Part shown: one piece after another, positions 49,671 through 58,822 of the stretch | Position numbering within the stretch: the stretch's first letter is position 1 | Layout of the letters: each line of letters opens with the position of its first letter | Assembly (NCBI GenBank): GCA_021814165.1 | Contig: JAKAIX010000002.1 | Location: forward strand, 5,371-69,370 | Length of the DNA stretch: 64,000 nt | Origin: a bacterium | GTDB taxonomy: Bacteria > Patescibacteriota > Minisyncoccia > UBA6257 > GWB1-50-10 | Reading direction: 5' to 3' | Translations under genes and position numbers: made by a program | Notes under the pieces: model-generated | Told to the model about the DNA's origin: nothing | The model's database searches: none | The model's input: only the letters and a program-made list of their open reading frames with translations

Positions 49671-49994
49671 CTAAAGCTTGTCGATCTTGGCGGCTAATAT
49701 AAAGTCGTTTTCCGATAATCCTCCGAGCGCGTGTGTCGAGAGTTCGAGCTTCACGCGATTGTAAAATATGTGGATGTCGGGATGATGTCCTTCCTCTTCC
49801 GCGAGAGCGGCAACCTTATTGATAAAGATCATCGCCTGTTTGAAGTCGTCGAACGAGAACTCCCGCGATATCGCGGTATAGTCGGCGCTCGGTTTCCACG
49901 CCGGAACCTGGGGAAGATATTCCTCGGCCCCCTCCTTCCCAAGCGGCGGAATCCCCCCTTCGCACGCAACGCACTTTTTTTGAGTAAGGTCCAT
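49671..49994 (-). CDS. phhB: Pterin-4-alpha-carbinolamine dehydratase
   Basis: C.AC.GG, AE.EGHHPD, THA.GGLSENDFILAAKID. Confidence 0.93.
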   Translation of the reverse strand: MDLTQKKCVACEGGIPPLGKEGAEEYLPQVPAWKPSADYTAISREFSFDDFKQAMIFINKVAALAEEEGHHPDIHIFYNRVKLELSTHALGGLSENDFILAAKIDKL

Positions 49995-50082
49995 ATTCTA
50001 TATGATAACGGAAATAATCATTATGTGAATGGGCTTTGGACAAGGAAAAAAGAATGAAATATAATCCAAGAAGTTCGAAAGA

Positions 50083-50154
50083 GCCGTGGTAGCTCAGTGG
50101 CAGAGCAGTCGCCTGAAGAGCGACGTGTCGGGTGTTCGATTCACCCCCGCGGCA
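50083..50154 (+). tRNA. tRNA-Phe(GAA)
   Basis: GCCGTGG..GTCGC-CTGAAGA-GCGAC..GTTCGATTC..CCGCGGCA. Confidence 0.93.
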
Positions 50155-50175
50155 CAATAGAATTATTCTCTCACT

Positions 50176-50880
50176 ATGGAAAATACAAATCTTCTCGAGG
50201 TAAAAGACCTCTCCGTCGCGCTCGACGACAAAACCATCTTCGAGAATGTGTCTTTTTCGCTCAAGCCGGAAGAAGTGCTTGCCGTGATCGGGCCGAATGG
50301 AGCGGGTAAATCCGTACTCTTAAAAACGCTCCTCGGTTTTTATCAACCGAAGCGCGGCACGATTACCTGGTCATCCGACGCAAGCTACGGATACCTCCCT
50401 CAGCGTTTTCATGTGGATCATTATCTCCCGATGACGGTTGAAGAGTTCCTAAGGTTGAAACCGAATCCGAAGTACTCACTCCGGGAAGTGCTCCGACTGG
50501 TGGAAATTGACGAACACTGGCTCGGGAGAAACCTCGCAACATTCTCAAGCGGACAACTTCAGAAAATTCTTCTCGCGTGGTCCATCATCGACCAACCGAA
50601 GGTGCTGCTCTTCGACGAACCGACCGAAAATGTGGATGTCGTTGCTCAAGAATCGATCTATGACCTCCTCCATCATCTCCAGGACACACTGAAGATCTCG
50701 ATTGTCATTGTTTCACACGATCTTAACGTTATTTATCGCTACGCAAATCAGGTGCTGTGTTTGAATCACGCGATGACATGCTACGGCGTGCCGAAGGAAA
50801 TTCTCACGAACGAAACGCTCTCTCAGCTTTACGGCGACCACACGTATTTTCATCACCATCACATCGGCGAAGAGCATTAA
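50176..50880 (+). CDS. Metal (Zn/Mn) ABC transporter ATP-binding protein
   Basis: GPNGAGKS, YLPQ, DEPT, VSHDL, His-rich tail. Confidence 0.88.
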   Translation: MENTNLLEVKDLSVALDDKTIFENVSFSLKPEEVLAVIGPNGAGKSVLLKTLLGFYQPKRGTITWSSDASYGYLPQRFHVDHYLPMTVEEFLRLKPNPKYSLREVLRLVEIDEHWLGRNLATFSSGQLQKILLAWSIIDQPKVLLFDEPTENVDVVAQESIYDLLHHLQDTLKISIVIVSHDLNVIYRYANQVLCLNHAMTCYGVPKEILTNETLSQLYGDHTYFHHHHIGEEH

Positions 50881-50891
50881 TATAGCAACGT

Positions 50892-51656
50892 ATGTCCGAC
50901 ATTTTTATTTACACACTTCTCTCGGGAATCTTCGTTGCCGCCGCCTCGGGGCTCATCGGGTCGTTTCTGGTTCTCCGCCGAATGACGCTCATGAGCGACG
51001 CGTTGTCCCACGTTGCGCTTCCCGGAATCGCTCTTGGCGTGGTGCTCCATTTCGAACCGATTCTGGGCGGCGTTTTGGCGCTCTTTCTGGGAATTATTAT
51101 CATCTGGCTTATTGAGACGAAAACAAAACTCGCGACCGAGTCCGTGACCGGCGTGCTTTTTGTGACGGCCCTTGCAATAGGATCGCTCCTTATTCCCGAA
51201 GCGGATCTTCTTGAGGCGTTTTTCGGAAGCGTGCAGCGCATCACGCTCCCCGAGATTATTATCCAAACCATAATTGCGATCGCGGTTGTAGCCGTCGTCT
51301 TTACATTCAAAAAACGCATCACGCTTTTCTCGATTGCGCCCGATTTGAGCGTATCGCTCAAATCCTCACCGGCGGTCACGCAATTATTACTCCTCGCGCT
51401 TATCGCGCTCACCATCGCGATAGGCATCAGTTTCGTGGGCGTACTTTTAATAAGCGCGCTTTCCATTATCCCCGCCGCGGCCGCGCGCAATCTCGCGAAA
51501 AGTTTCAACGGATTTGTGGCGGCGAGCATCGCGATCGCAATCGTTTCTCTCCTGGGAGGACTCCTCGTCGGGAATATGTATTCCCTGAATCCCGGCATTA
51601 TGACGGTCTTGATAAGCGCCGCCTGTTTCGCACTGAGCTTATTCAAGAGGAGATAA
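50892..51656 (+). CDS. Metal (Zn/Mn) ABC transporter permease
   Basis: LRRM.L.SDALSH.ALPG, VG.LLI.AL.IIPAA.AR. Confidence 0.88.
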   Translation: MSDIFIYTLLSGIFVAAASGLIGSFLVLRRMTLMSDALSHVALPGIALGVVLHFEPILGGVLALFLGIIIIWLIETKTKLATESVTGVLFVTALAIGSLLIPEADLLEAFFGSVQRITLPEIIIQTIIAIAVVAVVFTFKKRITLFSIAPDLSVSLKSSPAVTQLLLLALIALTIAIGISFVGVLLISALSIIPAAAARNLAKSFNGFVAASIAIAIVSLLGGLLVGNMYSLNPGIMTVLISAACFALSLFKRR

Positions 51657-51719
51657 GAAAGGAAGATGAAAGCAGTGGAGAAAATAAAAGCAAAGTAGTG
51701 GGGAAAATAAAATCGACAA

Positions 51720-51755
51720 GCCTCAAAATGCGCGCATATGCGCGCATTTTGAGGC
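51720..51755. repeat. Perfect 36-bp palindrome between convergent genes (possible terminator)
   Basis: GCCTCAAAATGCGCGCAT|ATGCGCGCATTTTGAGGC. Confidence 0.7.
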
Positions 51756-51788
51756 CGCGAGATCTTTGCCCGATGAATCCCCTACTGG

Positions 51789-53021
51789 TTATGAATTATT
51801 CTTCAGCGCCTCGACTACTTTCGAAACGCCGACAGCGTACGCGGCCATTCTGAAACTCACGGAATTTTCCTTTTTATAGGAATAGATCGCATCGAACGCG
51901 GAATCTATCTTTTTTTTGAGTTCGGAGAACGTCTTCTCTTTCGTCCATTGTTCTCTATGCATGTTTTGATACCACTCGAAATACGAAACGGTAACGCCAC
52001 CGGAGTTTGCAAGCACATCCGGGATCACCACAACTCCCTCCCTCTCAAGTACGGCATCCGCTTCGTCCGTTACGGGGCCGTTCGCCATTTCGAGTATATA
52101 CTTCGCCCTGATAGTTTCCGCATTCTCCGACGTAATTACGTTCTCGGTTGCCGCGGGAATAAGTACGTCGACGGGAAGCGCAAGAAGCTCATTGTTTGAA
52201 ATCACCGTTGCGCCCGGCATTCCCTCAAACGATCCGTGCGACTTCTTGAACTCCACTGCGGTATCAATATCGATTCCTTGATCATTTTTGATTGCGTGTC
52301 TCGAATCGGCGATCGCGATCACGCGGTAGCCGGCGTCATGCGCGTAGCGCGCGATATAATATCCCACATTCCCTATCCCCTGCACCGCAACCTTCGTCTG
52401 TTTCGGATCGAGGCGTTCCCGCTCCGCGAGGTTCTGAAGCACGTAAAATCCGCCGAGGCCCGTCGCTTCCGTTCTTCCTTCTATTCCCCCTTTTTCGATC
52501 GGCTTCGCGGTAATCATCGCGGGAGTGTATTCTCCGACAATCTTCGCATACTCGTCCGCCATCCATCCCATCATCTCCGGAGTTGTATACATATCCGGCG
52601 CCGGAACGTCCTTGTCGGGCCCCACGATTGCGTGAATCGCGCGGATATAGGCGCGGGAAATTCCTTCGAGTTCCGCGGAAGAACACTGCTTCGTATCGAC
52701 AATTACGCCTCCTTTTCCTCCGCCGAACGGAATGTCCGCGATCGAACATTTCCACGTCATCCACATCGAGAGCGCGCGAATCTCCGACTGATTCACGAAC
52801 GGACTGAAACGAATACCTCCCTTATAGGGGCCCCGCGCATTCGAGTGCTGTGCACGATATCCGGTAAACATCCGCACCGCGCCGTTATCCATCGTGACGG
52901 GAAAATGTACCTCGAGAAATTTGTCATGCACCGAAAGCCGCTCGACGACATCGGCGGGGAGTTTCAGGATTTCCGCAATCTTCTTCAATTGTGCGACGCT
53001 CGTTACGTACGGATCATTCAT
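51789..53021 (-). CDS. gdhA: Glu/Leu/Phe/Val dehydrogenase (glutamate dehydrogenase)
   Basis: GPYKGGIRF, PFGGGKGG, DVPAPD, QGIGNVG, PD.LANSGGV.VSYFEW. Confidence 0.92.
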   Translation of the reverse strand: MNDPYVTSVAQLKKIAEILKLPADVVERLSVHDKFLEVHFPVTMDNGAVRMFTGYRAQHSNARGPYKGGIRFSPFVNQSEIRALSMWMTWKCSIADIPFGGGKGGVIVDTKQCSSAELEGISRAYIRAIHAIVGPDKDVPAPDMYTTPEMMGWMADEYAKIVGEYTPAMITAKPIEKGGIEGRTEATGLGGFYVLQNLAERERLDPKQTKVAVQGIGNVGYYIARYAHDAGYRVIAIADSRHAIKNDQGIDIDTAVEFKKSHGSFEGMPGATVISNNELLALPVDVLIPAATENVITSENAETIRAKYILEMANGPVTDEADAVLEREGVVVIPDVLANSGGVTVSYFEWYQNMHREQWTKEKTFSELKKKIDSAFDAIYSYKKENSVSFRMAAYAVGVSKVVEALKNNS

Positions 53022-53066
53022 GGTGTTATATCTTTACTACAAACAAACAACGGATAAATTTCATTG

Positions 53067-53140
53067 CGCCCCCGCCAGGACTTGAACCCAGAACCCTCTC
53101 CTTAGAACGGAGCTGCTCTATCCAGTTGAGCTACGGGGGC
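53067..53140 (-). tRNA. tRNA-Arg(TCT)
   Basis: GCCCCCG..CTCC-GTTCTAA-GGAG..GTTCAAGTC..CGGGGGCG. Confidence 0.88.
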
Positions 53141-53146
53141 TCACCT

Positions 53147-53803
53147 CTAATTTATACTTATTTTTTCAAGGAATCCAGCTTTCCACCCATGCATTCTTCT
53201 AAATAAGCTTTTATCAAAAACACAAATAATGCACGTGCCGTTGTAGAGAATGTTTTTTCTCTGCCCCAATGAAGTTGGTTTTACGAATGTTTTTTGGAAT
53301 TGGTTCAAAGGAACGCCTGTTATTTTTGACCAGTACTCTTCAGCGTTTTTCCTTGAGAGAAGTTCGTGAATGTGGAGCGCGATTCGGAACTTTTCCTCGG
53401 GAACATCACAAATATCTCTAAACCATCTCATCATCAACTTTATCATCAGAGGGTCGGAGTTGCTGAACTTTATGGTTTCATTACTTTTCGCTCCTTCGGC
53501 CCAATATAACATCAACCCGGGTAAAAATATTTCGTTCTTAGAAAGACTCGGTAATTCTTTCCTCGCATTACTCATAATCTCTTCAGTCCTTTCTATTCTT
53601 TTTCTCTGTTGTGCTTTCGCTCCTGCATATCTCGAGATTTCCCTTCCCTGAAGTAGTTTCTCCTTCTGTCGTGACGTTAATTCTATATCCCGTAGCCAGC
53701 CACTTATTGTAGACTTTGAAACACCCACTTCGTTCAATATCTGGCGATAAGTACAACCGCGCTTACGCATTCGTATTGCTTTTATTTTCTCTTCAAATTT
53801 CAT
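53147..53803 (-). CDS. HTH + LAGLIDADG-like hypothetical protein between two tRNAs
   Basis: N-terminal HTH (TYRQI...GVSKSTISGWL); GLMLYWAEG followed by a FSNSD..I motif; AT-richer than the flanks. Confidence 0.65.
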   Translation of the reverse strand: MKFEEKIKAIRMRKRGCTYRQILNEVGVSKSTISGWLRDIELTSRQKEKLLQGREISRYAGAKAQQRKRIERTEEIMSNARKELPSLSKNEIFLPGLMLYWAEGAKSNETIKFSNSDPLMIKLMMRWFRDICDVPEEKFRIALHIHELLSRKNAEEYWSKITGVPLNQFQKTFVKPTSLGQRKNILYNGTCIICVFDKSLFRRMHGWKAGFLEKISIN

Positions 53804-53940
53804 ACATTTCTTATTTTAATTATAGCACAGCAGAAATATAGAAACATAGTCATGGTTCGTTTTAATAATTGCAAACGTCCCATAAGGTCGAGTAGAATCA
53901 ATATAAGAAATAGGATGAGCACATTTTCCACCACTAGTAA

Positions 53941-54011
53941 CGGAGAGTAGTGTAATGGTAGCACGAGTCCTTTGGGAGGATTTAGTTCGGGTTCGAATCC
54001 CGGCTCTCCGA
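53941..54011 (+). tRNA. tRNA-Pro(TGG)
   Basis: CGGAGAG..AGTCC-TTTGGGA-GGATT..GTTCGAATC..CTCTCCGA. Confidence 0.9.
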
Positions 54012-54031
54012 CAAAACCTTAATTTCAATTC

Positions 54032-54298
54032 ATGGAGGAATTATTCAAATGGCTGACGGCGATAATGGGCGTTCTAATGTCCTTAGGTTATTACCCGCAG
54101 GCTTATAAAATTTTCAAAAACAAGTCTTCAAAAAACATCTCGATCTTCACCTACCTCGTCTTCGGGGTGGGAACGATCGTTTGGCTCATTTATGGAATCT
54201 ACACGCGCGATCTGGTAGTCGCGATGGGATTCGTCTTCGGCGTCATCGGCTCGTGGTCGGTGATTTTCCTGTCGTTGAAATACAAGAACGGATCGTAA
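54032..54298 (+). CDS. SemiSWEET / PQ-loop family transporter
   Basis: 88 aa, three TM helices, PQ..K.FK.KS..NIS, WL.YG. Confidence 0.85.
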   Translation: MEELFKWLTAIMGVLMSLGYYPQAYKIFKNKSSKNISIFTYLVFGVGTIVWLIYGIYTRDLVVAMGFVFGVIGSWSVIFLSLKYKNGS

Positions 54299-54299
54299 T

Positions 54300-55853
54300 C
54301 TACTCCTCCCCTAAAAGTTGCGGCGTCAGACTCTCCCCCGTCATCTCTTTCGGTTTTTTGATTCCCATAAGTTCAAGAAGCGTCGGCGCCACATCCGAGA
54401 GCATCCCGACTATAGGAAGCGTCATAAGAGTGTCCTTCGGCGTCTTCCTTCTGAACTGTTTTCCTACGAGATAGATCGGCACGGGGCTTGCATCATGCCT
54501 CGTTTCCGGTTCTCCCGTTTTCAGGTCTAAGAGCACCTCCGCGTTGCCGTGATCGGAAGTAATTACCATCACGTCATCCTGATCGAGTACCGTTTTCGTT
54601 AATCTCCCGATTTGTTCATCGAGAATTTTCACCGCGCGGAGCGTCGCTTCATAATTCCCCGTGTGCGCTACCATGTCCGCGTTTGCGTAATTCACGAGAA
54701 TAAAGTCGTACGTGCGCTCGTTCAGGGCCGTGAGCACGCGATCGGTAATCGGCCCGGCCATCATCTCGGGGTGTTCGTCGTGGCGCACAACGCGCTGCGA
54801 AGGAATGAGTATCCTGAATTCGTTCTTATAAGGTTCTTCTCTCAAGCCGTTGAAAAAGTAGGTCACATGCGCGTACTTCTCCGTTTCCGCGATGCGAAGC
54901 TGTGTTTTGCCGTCTTCCGAAAGCACCTTTCCAAGGGGATATTCCACAGTTTCTTCCGGAAATGCGACTTTCGTTTCAAACTCCGGTTCGTATTCCGTCA
55001 TCGTCACGGTATAGAGGTTATTGAAACGCACCGTGGGAAATTGGGAAAAGTTCGGATCAAGAAACGCGCCGGCAAGCTGCCGCATCCTGTCTTCTCTGAA
55101 ATTGAAAAAGACGATCGCGTCGTTGTCTTTGACGGGATGCGAAGCGCCGATGACCGACGGCGCGATGTATTCGTCATTCAGTTTTTTCTCATACGTCTCG
55201 CGAGCCGCTTTCTCAAGCGCGGTTCCTTCCCCGGTCGCGCGCGTAAGAACCGCGTACACCTCTTCCGTTCTGTCCCAATGCTTGTCCCGATCCATCGCGT
55301 AATATCTCCCGCTCACGCTTGCGAGAAACGGCATCATATCCGTCTTTGTTTTTTCAGAGAGTCTTTCCATGAGCCGCCCCACGGACTCCGGGGCGCTATC
55401 TCGTCCGTCGGAGATAAGCTGAAGGAAAAATGGAATACTTTTCTCGCGCGCCATCTTCACCAGCGCGGCAAGGTGATCAAGGGACGCGTGGACGTTTCCT
55501 TCGGAAAGAAGTCCCACAAAATGCACGGCACTTTTGTTCGCCTCGGCATGCGCGAAGGCGCCGAGAAGCGCGGGGTTCTTAAAAAAGCTGCCATCCTCGA
55601 TCGCGAGCGAAACGCGGGGGAAATGTTGATACAGCACCTTTCCCGCCCCCATCGTGAGGTGTCCCACCTCGCTGTTCCCCTCCTCTTCCCACGGAAGCCC
55701 CACTGCAATTCCGGATGCCTGAAGCGCGCCGGAAGGAAAGTTACTTTGAATAGCCCGCATGGCTTGCGGTTCGGCACGGTAAATCGGGTTCGACTCGTCG
55801 AGCGCCCCGATTCCCCAACCGTCCAGTACTACGAGCAGGAAAGTCCGTTTCAT
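54300..55853 (-). CDS. gpmI: 2,3-bisphosphoglycerate-independent phosphoglycerate mutase
   Basis: LDGWG, GNSEVGH, GRYYAMDRD, AETEKYAHVT, SDHGNAE. Confidence 0.95.
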   Translation of the reverse strand: MKRTFLLVVLDGWGIGALDESNPIYRAEPQAMRAIQSNFPSGALQASGIAVGLPWEEEGNSEVGHLTMGAGKVLYQHFPRVSLAIEDGSFFKNPALLGAFAHAEANKSAVHFVGLLSEGNVHASLDHLAALVKMAREKSIPFFLQLISDGRDSAPESVGRLMERLSEKTKTDMMPFLASVSGRYYAMDRDKHWDRTEEVYAVLTRATGEGTALEKAARETYEKKLNDEYIAPSVIGASHPVKDNDAIVFFNFREDRMRQLAGAFLDPNFSQFPTVRFNNLYTVTMTEYEPEFETKVAFPEETVEYPLGKVLSEDGKTQLRIAETEKYAHVTYFFNGLREEPYKNEFRILIPSQRVVRHDEHPEMMAGPITDRVLTALNERTYDFILVNYANADMVAHTGNYEATLRAVKILDEQIGRLTKTVLDQDDVMVITSDHGNAEVLLDLKTGEPETRHDASPVPIYLVGKQFRRKTPKDTLMTLPIVGMLSDVAPTLLELMGIKKPKEMTGESLTPQLLGEE

Positions 55854-55996
55854 ATATATCTCCATGATACCAGAGGCAATCCGCTTATAAAACGAGGGGG
55901 AATGGGGTTTGCAAAACTTTCTCCCGCTTCCTATACTTATTCCATAAGAGCCGAAAACGTCGATGAAACAAAACAATTTTAGTATTTTCAATTTAT

Positions 55997-57520
55997 ATGA
56001 ATATAACCCCCGTGGAGGCGGGCATAGTTGCGATCGCGGGTATCGCTATCGGGTATGCCGTCCGTCTCAATATCGCGAAGAAATCAAAGAACTCGATCGA
56101 GCGGAAAGCGGAAGAGGAGCTTGAAACCGCGAAAGCAAAGGCGAAAGAGATAGAACTCGAGGCGAAGAACCGCGCGGCGGCGGTTGTAGCCGAGGCGCAA
56201 AAAGACGAACGCGAACGGAAGCAGGAAATCCGGCGCCTTGAAGAACGTCTCACGAAGAAGGAGGACACGCTCGAAGAGCGGGCGCGTGAGTTCGATACCC
56301 AGCTCATGAGCATCTCCACAAAGGAGACGAAGCTCAAGGAGGCGGAAGAGGAAGTAAAGGTACTTCACGAAAAGGCGGTTACCGAACTCGAACGGGTCGC
56401 GGGACTTTCGCGCGAAGAAGCGAAACGGGCGATATTCGAAGAGCTTGAAACTTCATACCGCAAGGATCTTACGAATGACATCGCGCGACTTGAACGCGAG
56501 CGGAAAGACGCAATCGAGGCGAAAGGAATGGAAATCCTGGAGACAGCGATCCAGCGCTACGCGCGGAACTCGATTGCCGACATCACGACGAGCGTCGTAA
56601 ATCTCCCCGACGAAGAACTCAAGGCAAAAATCATCGGACGCGAAGGAAGAAACATACGCGCCTTCGAGCGGCTTACGGGCGTCGAGGTAATCGTCGATGA
56701 AACGCCGGAAAGCGTAGTGCTTTCTTCGTTCGACCCGATGCGACGCGAACTCGCGAAGATGGCTCTGGAAAAACTTCTGAAGGACGGAAGAATTCAGCCC
56801 GCGAAGATCGAGGAGAAGGTGGAGGAAGCCCGACGGGAACTTGAAACCAGAATCCAGAAAATCGGGGAAGACGCGGCGTACGAAGTAGGTATTCTCGATC
56901 TCCCGAAAGAACTCATTTATCTTCTGGGACGACTGAATTTCCGCACAAGCTACGGACAAAACGTCTTACAGCACTCGATCGAGATGGCGCACATTTCCGC
57001 AATGATCGCCGCGGAACTCGGCGTCAACACCGAAGTCGCGAAAAAAGGGGCGTTGCTCCACGACATCGGGAAAGCCGTCGATCACGAAGTTGAAGGAACG
57101 CATGTCGAAATCGGAAGAAAGCTTCTCAAGAAATACGGGATCGCCGACGAGATCGTCCAGGCGATGGAATCGCATCACGACGAGTATCCGTTCGCTTCGT
57201 CCGAATCCTATATTGTCGCCGCCGCGGACGCGATTTCCGCCGCACGACCCGGCGCGCGTCGCGATACGCTCGAAAAGTACATCAAGCGGCTTGAGGATAT
57301 TGAGAGAACGGTAAACGGCTTCGAGGGAGTGAAACAATCGTATGCGGTCTCCGCGGGAAGAGAGGTACGGGTATTCGTACTTCCCGAGAAAGTGGACGAC
57401 TTCGGCGCCCTTGAACTTGCGAAGCAGATAGCGCAAAAAATTCAAACAAACGTGCAATACCCCGGAGAAATCAAAGTAACGGTGATACGCGAGGTGAAGG
57501 CGGTGGAGTATGCCCGGTAG
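55997..57520 (+). CDS. rny: Ribonuclease Y
   Basis: TM, coiled coil, KH (IIGREGRNIR), HD (LLHDIGK), SAARPGAR. Confidence 0.95.
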   Translation: MNITPVEAGIVAIAGIAIGYAVRLNIAKKSKNSIERKAEEELETAKAKAKEIELEAKNRAAAVVAEAQKDERERKQEIRRLEERLTKKEDTLEERAREFDTQLMSISTKETKLKEAEEEVKVLHEKAVTELERVAGLSREEAKRAIFEELETSYRKDLTNDIARLERERKDAIEAKGMEILETAIQRYARNSIADITTSVVNLPDEELKAKIIGREGRNIRAFERLTGVEVIVDETPESVVLSSFDPMRRELAKMALEKLLKDGRIQPAKIEEKVEEARRELETRIQKIGEDAAYEVGILDLPKELIYLLGRLNFRTSYGQNVLQHSIEMAHISAMIAAELGVNTEVAKKGALLHDIGKAVDHEVEGTHVEIGRKLLKKYGIADEIVQAMESHHDEYPFASSESYIVAAADAISAARPGARRDTLEKYIKRLEDIERTVNGFEGVKQSYAVSAGREVRVFVLPEKVDDFGALELAKQIAQKIQTNVQYPGEIKVTVIREVKAVEYAR

Positions 57521-57561
57521 GGAGGTTGTTTATAAGGAAGGTAGGAAAATAAAGGGGAATT

Positions 57562-57570
57562 TGGTATAAT
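57562..57570 (+). promoter_or_regulatory. Extended -10 promoter of hup
   Basis: TGGTATAAT 50 nt upstream of the ATG. Confidence 0.6.
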
Positions 57571-57620
57571 ACCCACGTCAGAAAAAAGGTCGGTAACGAA
57601 CTATTTAAACGGACGAATTT

Positions 57621-57896
57621 ATGAAAAAAGACGGATTGGTAGAGGCGGTGATGAAAGCGGCAGGCACCGAAACGAAAAAGCAGGCGGTACAGGCAGTCGA
57701 GGCGGTATTCGACACCATCGTGAAAACGATGTCGCGCGGCGAGGAGGTTGCAATCACCGGATTCGGAACTTTCAGGGTTGCAAAACGTGCTGCACGCATG
57801 GGTGTTAACCCGAAAACCGGAGAAAAGATTCAGATCAAGGCCTCGACGAAACCGAAATTCCGCGCCGGAAAACTTCTGAAGGAGGCGGTATTATAA
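57621..57896 (+). CDS. hup: HU family DNA-binding protein
   Basis: GFGTF...RAAR.G.NPKTGE.I.I.A...PKF.AGK.LK. Confidence 0.95.
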   Translation: MKKDGLVEAVMKAAGTETKKQAVQAVEAVFDTIVKTMSRGEEVAITGFGTFRVAKRAARMGVNPKTGEKIQIKASTKPKFRAGKLLKEAVL

Positions 57897-57911
57897 CGGA
57901 TTCTTTTGAGC

Positions 57912-57951
57912 TCAATCAAAAAACTCCCTTGGAAGGGAGTTTTTTGATTGA
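57912..57951. terminator. Bidirectional intrinsic terminator
   Basis: TCAATCAAAAAACTCCCTT-GG-AAGGGAGTTTTTTGATTGA. Confidence 0.85.
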
Positions 57952-57957
57952 CACTTA

Positions 57958-58818
57958 CTATCGTATCAGCAGCTTCCTCACCAAACCGCTGACATCAATA
58001 AAGCTTTGATAAGCGCCCTTCACCGCGTCAAGGGACGAGCGCACCAAATCCTTTACTGATGTCAAAGGAATGGACGATGAAGTTTCCGTGCCGTCGTTCG
58101 AGGAGGTGGCGGTCGAGGTGGCGGTCGAGGTGGCTACCTCTTCGGTGCTCGTTGCGATATAACGCGAGACAAAAAGATCCGCCGCGGCATTGTTCAACTT
58201 TGAAGCGGAGTCGATGAGCGATCTTGCCTTCGAAAGATACTTTGAAACGTCTTTGTTGCCGGAGCTGATTCCGAGCGACTTGAGATTTTCGTTTATTTTC
58301 TCCAGCCGCTTCTCTGCGGTTTGCACCGCCTTCGCTTCCTGTTTGACGAGAATAAAGTCCTGAACCTGAGTCACTAAAGGGAGATACTCCGACTCGCGCC
58401 ATCCTTTAAAACTCTTCGCGATGCCGGCTATGTCACCCGCCGTAACCGACGTCGGCCCGTTCAAAAGTTCACGCTCCGAATCATAATACGCAAGCGCGCG
58501 AGCAAGCTCATCGAGCGTAGTTTGCTTCCACTCCTCAAATCGATCGTCTTTTTCCGTCGTAAGCAGTTTAAATTCGATGTCTTTCGTTTCTGCAGCGGAA
58601 AGATCAAGAACCTGTTTGAATGTCTCTATCTTGAGCGAAAGATCATTCGAGGTATTATCATCTTTCGCGGTTACGAGATCGTCCAGGTATGCCTTGGTGT
58701 TTTCCAACACCTTTTGGACCGCGGGGGTGCTTTCCGCCGCCGCCGCGCCGGGATGCATCACGACGAGAAACGCTGCGGCAAATGCGACAATAAATCCCCT
58801 TTTCATTATGCTTCTCAT
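57958..58818 (-). CDS. Secreted helical hypothetical protein with ATST repeats
   Basis: Signal peptide ending AAA; third gene of the sigma operon. Confidence 0.65.
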   Translation of the reverse strand: MRSIMKRGFIVAFAAAFLVVMHPGAAAAESTPAVQKVLENTKAYLDDLVTAKDDNTSNDLSLKIETFKQVLDLSAAETKDIEFKLLTTEKDDRFEEWKQTTLDELARALAYYDSERELLNGPTSVTAGDIAGIAKSFKGWRESEYLPLVTQVQDFILVKQEAKAVQTAEKRLEKINENLKSLGISSGNKDVSKYLSKARSLIDSASKLNNAAADLFVSRYIATSTEEVATSTATSTATSSNDGTETSSSIPLTSVKDLVRSSLDAVKGAYQSFIDVSGLVRKLLIR

Positions 58819-58822
58819 GGTA

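Noticed and set aside
53067-53140. Amber suppressor (CTA) reading of the tRNA
   Set aside because: The shifted register breaks two anticodon-stem pairs. The TCT register pairs CTCC/GGAG, although G32 is atypical.
53147-53940. tRNA intron or att duplication around the LAGLIDADG-like ORF
   Set aside because: Both flanking tRNAs are complete, and I found no duplicated tRNA fragment.
54612-55982. Long antisense ORFs (e.g. 137..910, 5056..5967, 26346..27440, 54612..55982, 62480..63559)
   Set aside because: These are shadows of well-supported genes on the opposite strand, with no motifs.
58103-58135. 12-bp tandem repeat GAGGTGGCGGTC in 57958..58818
   Set aside because: It is an ordinary low-complexity ATST peptide linker.
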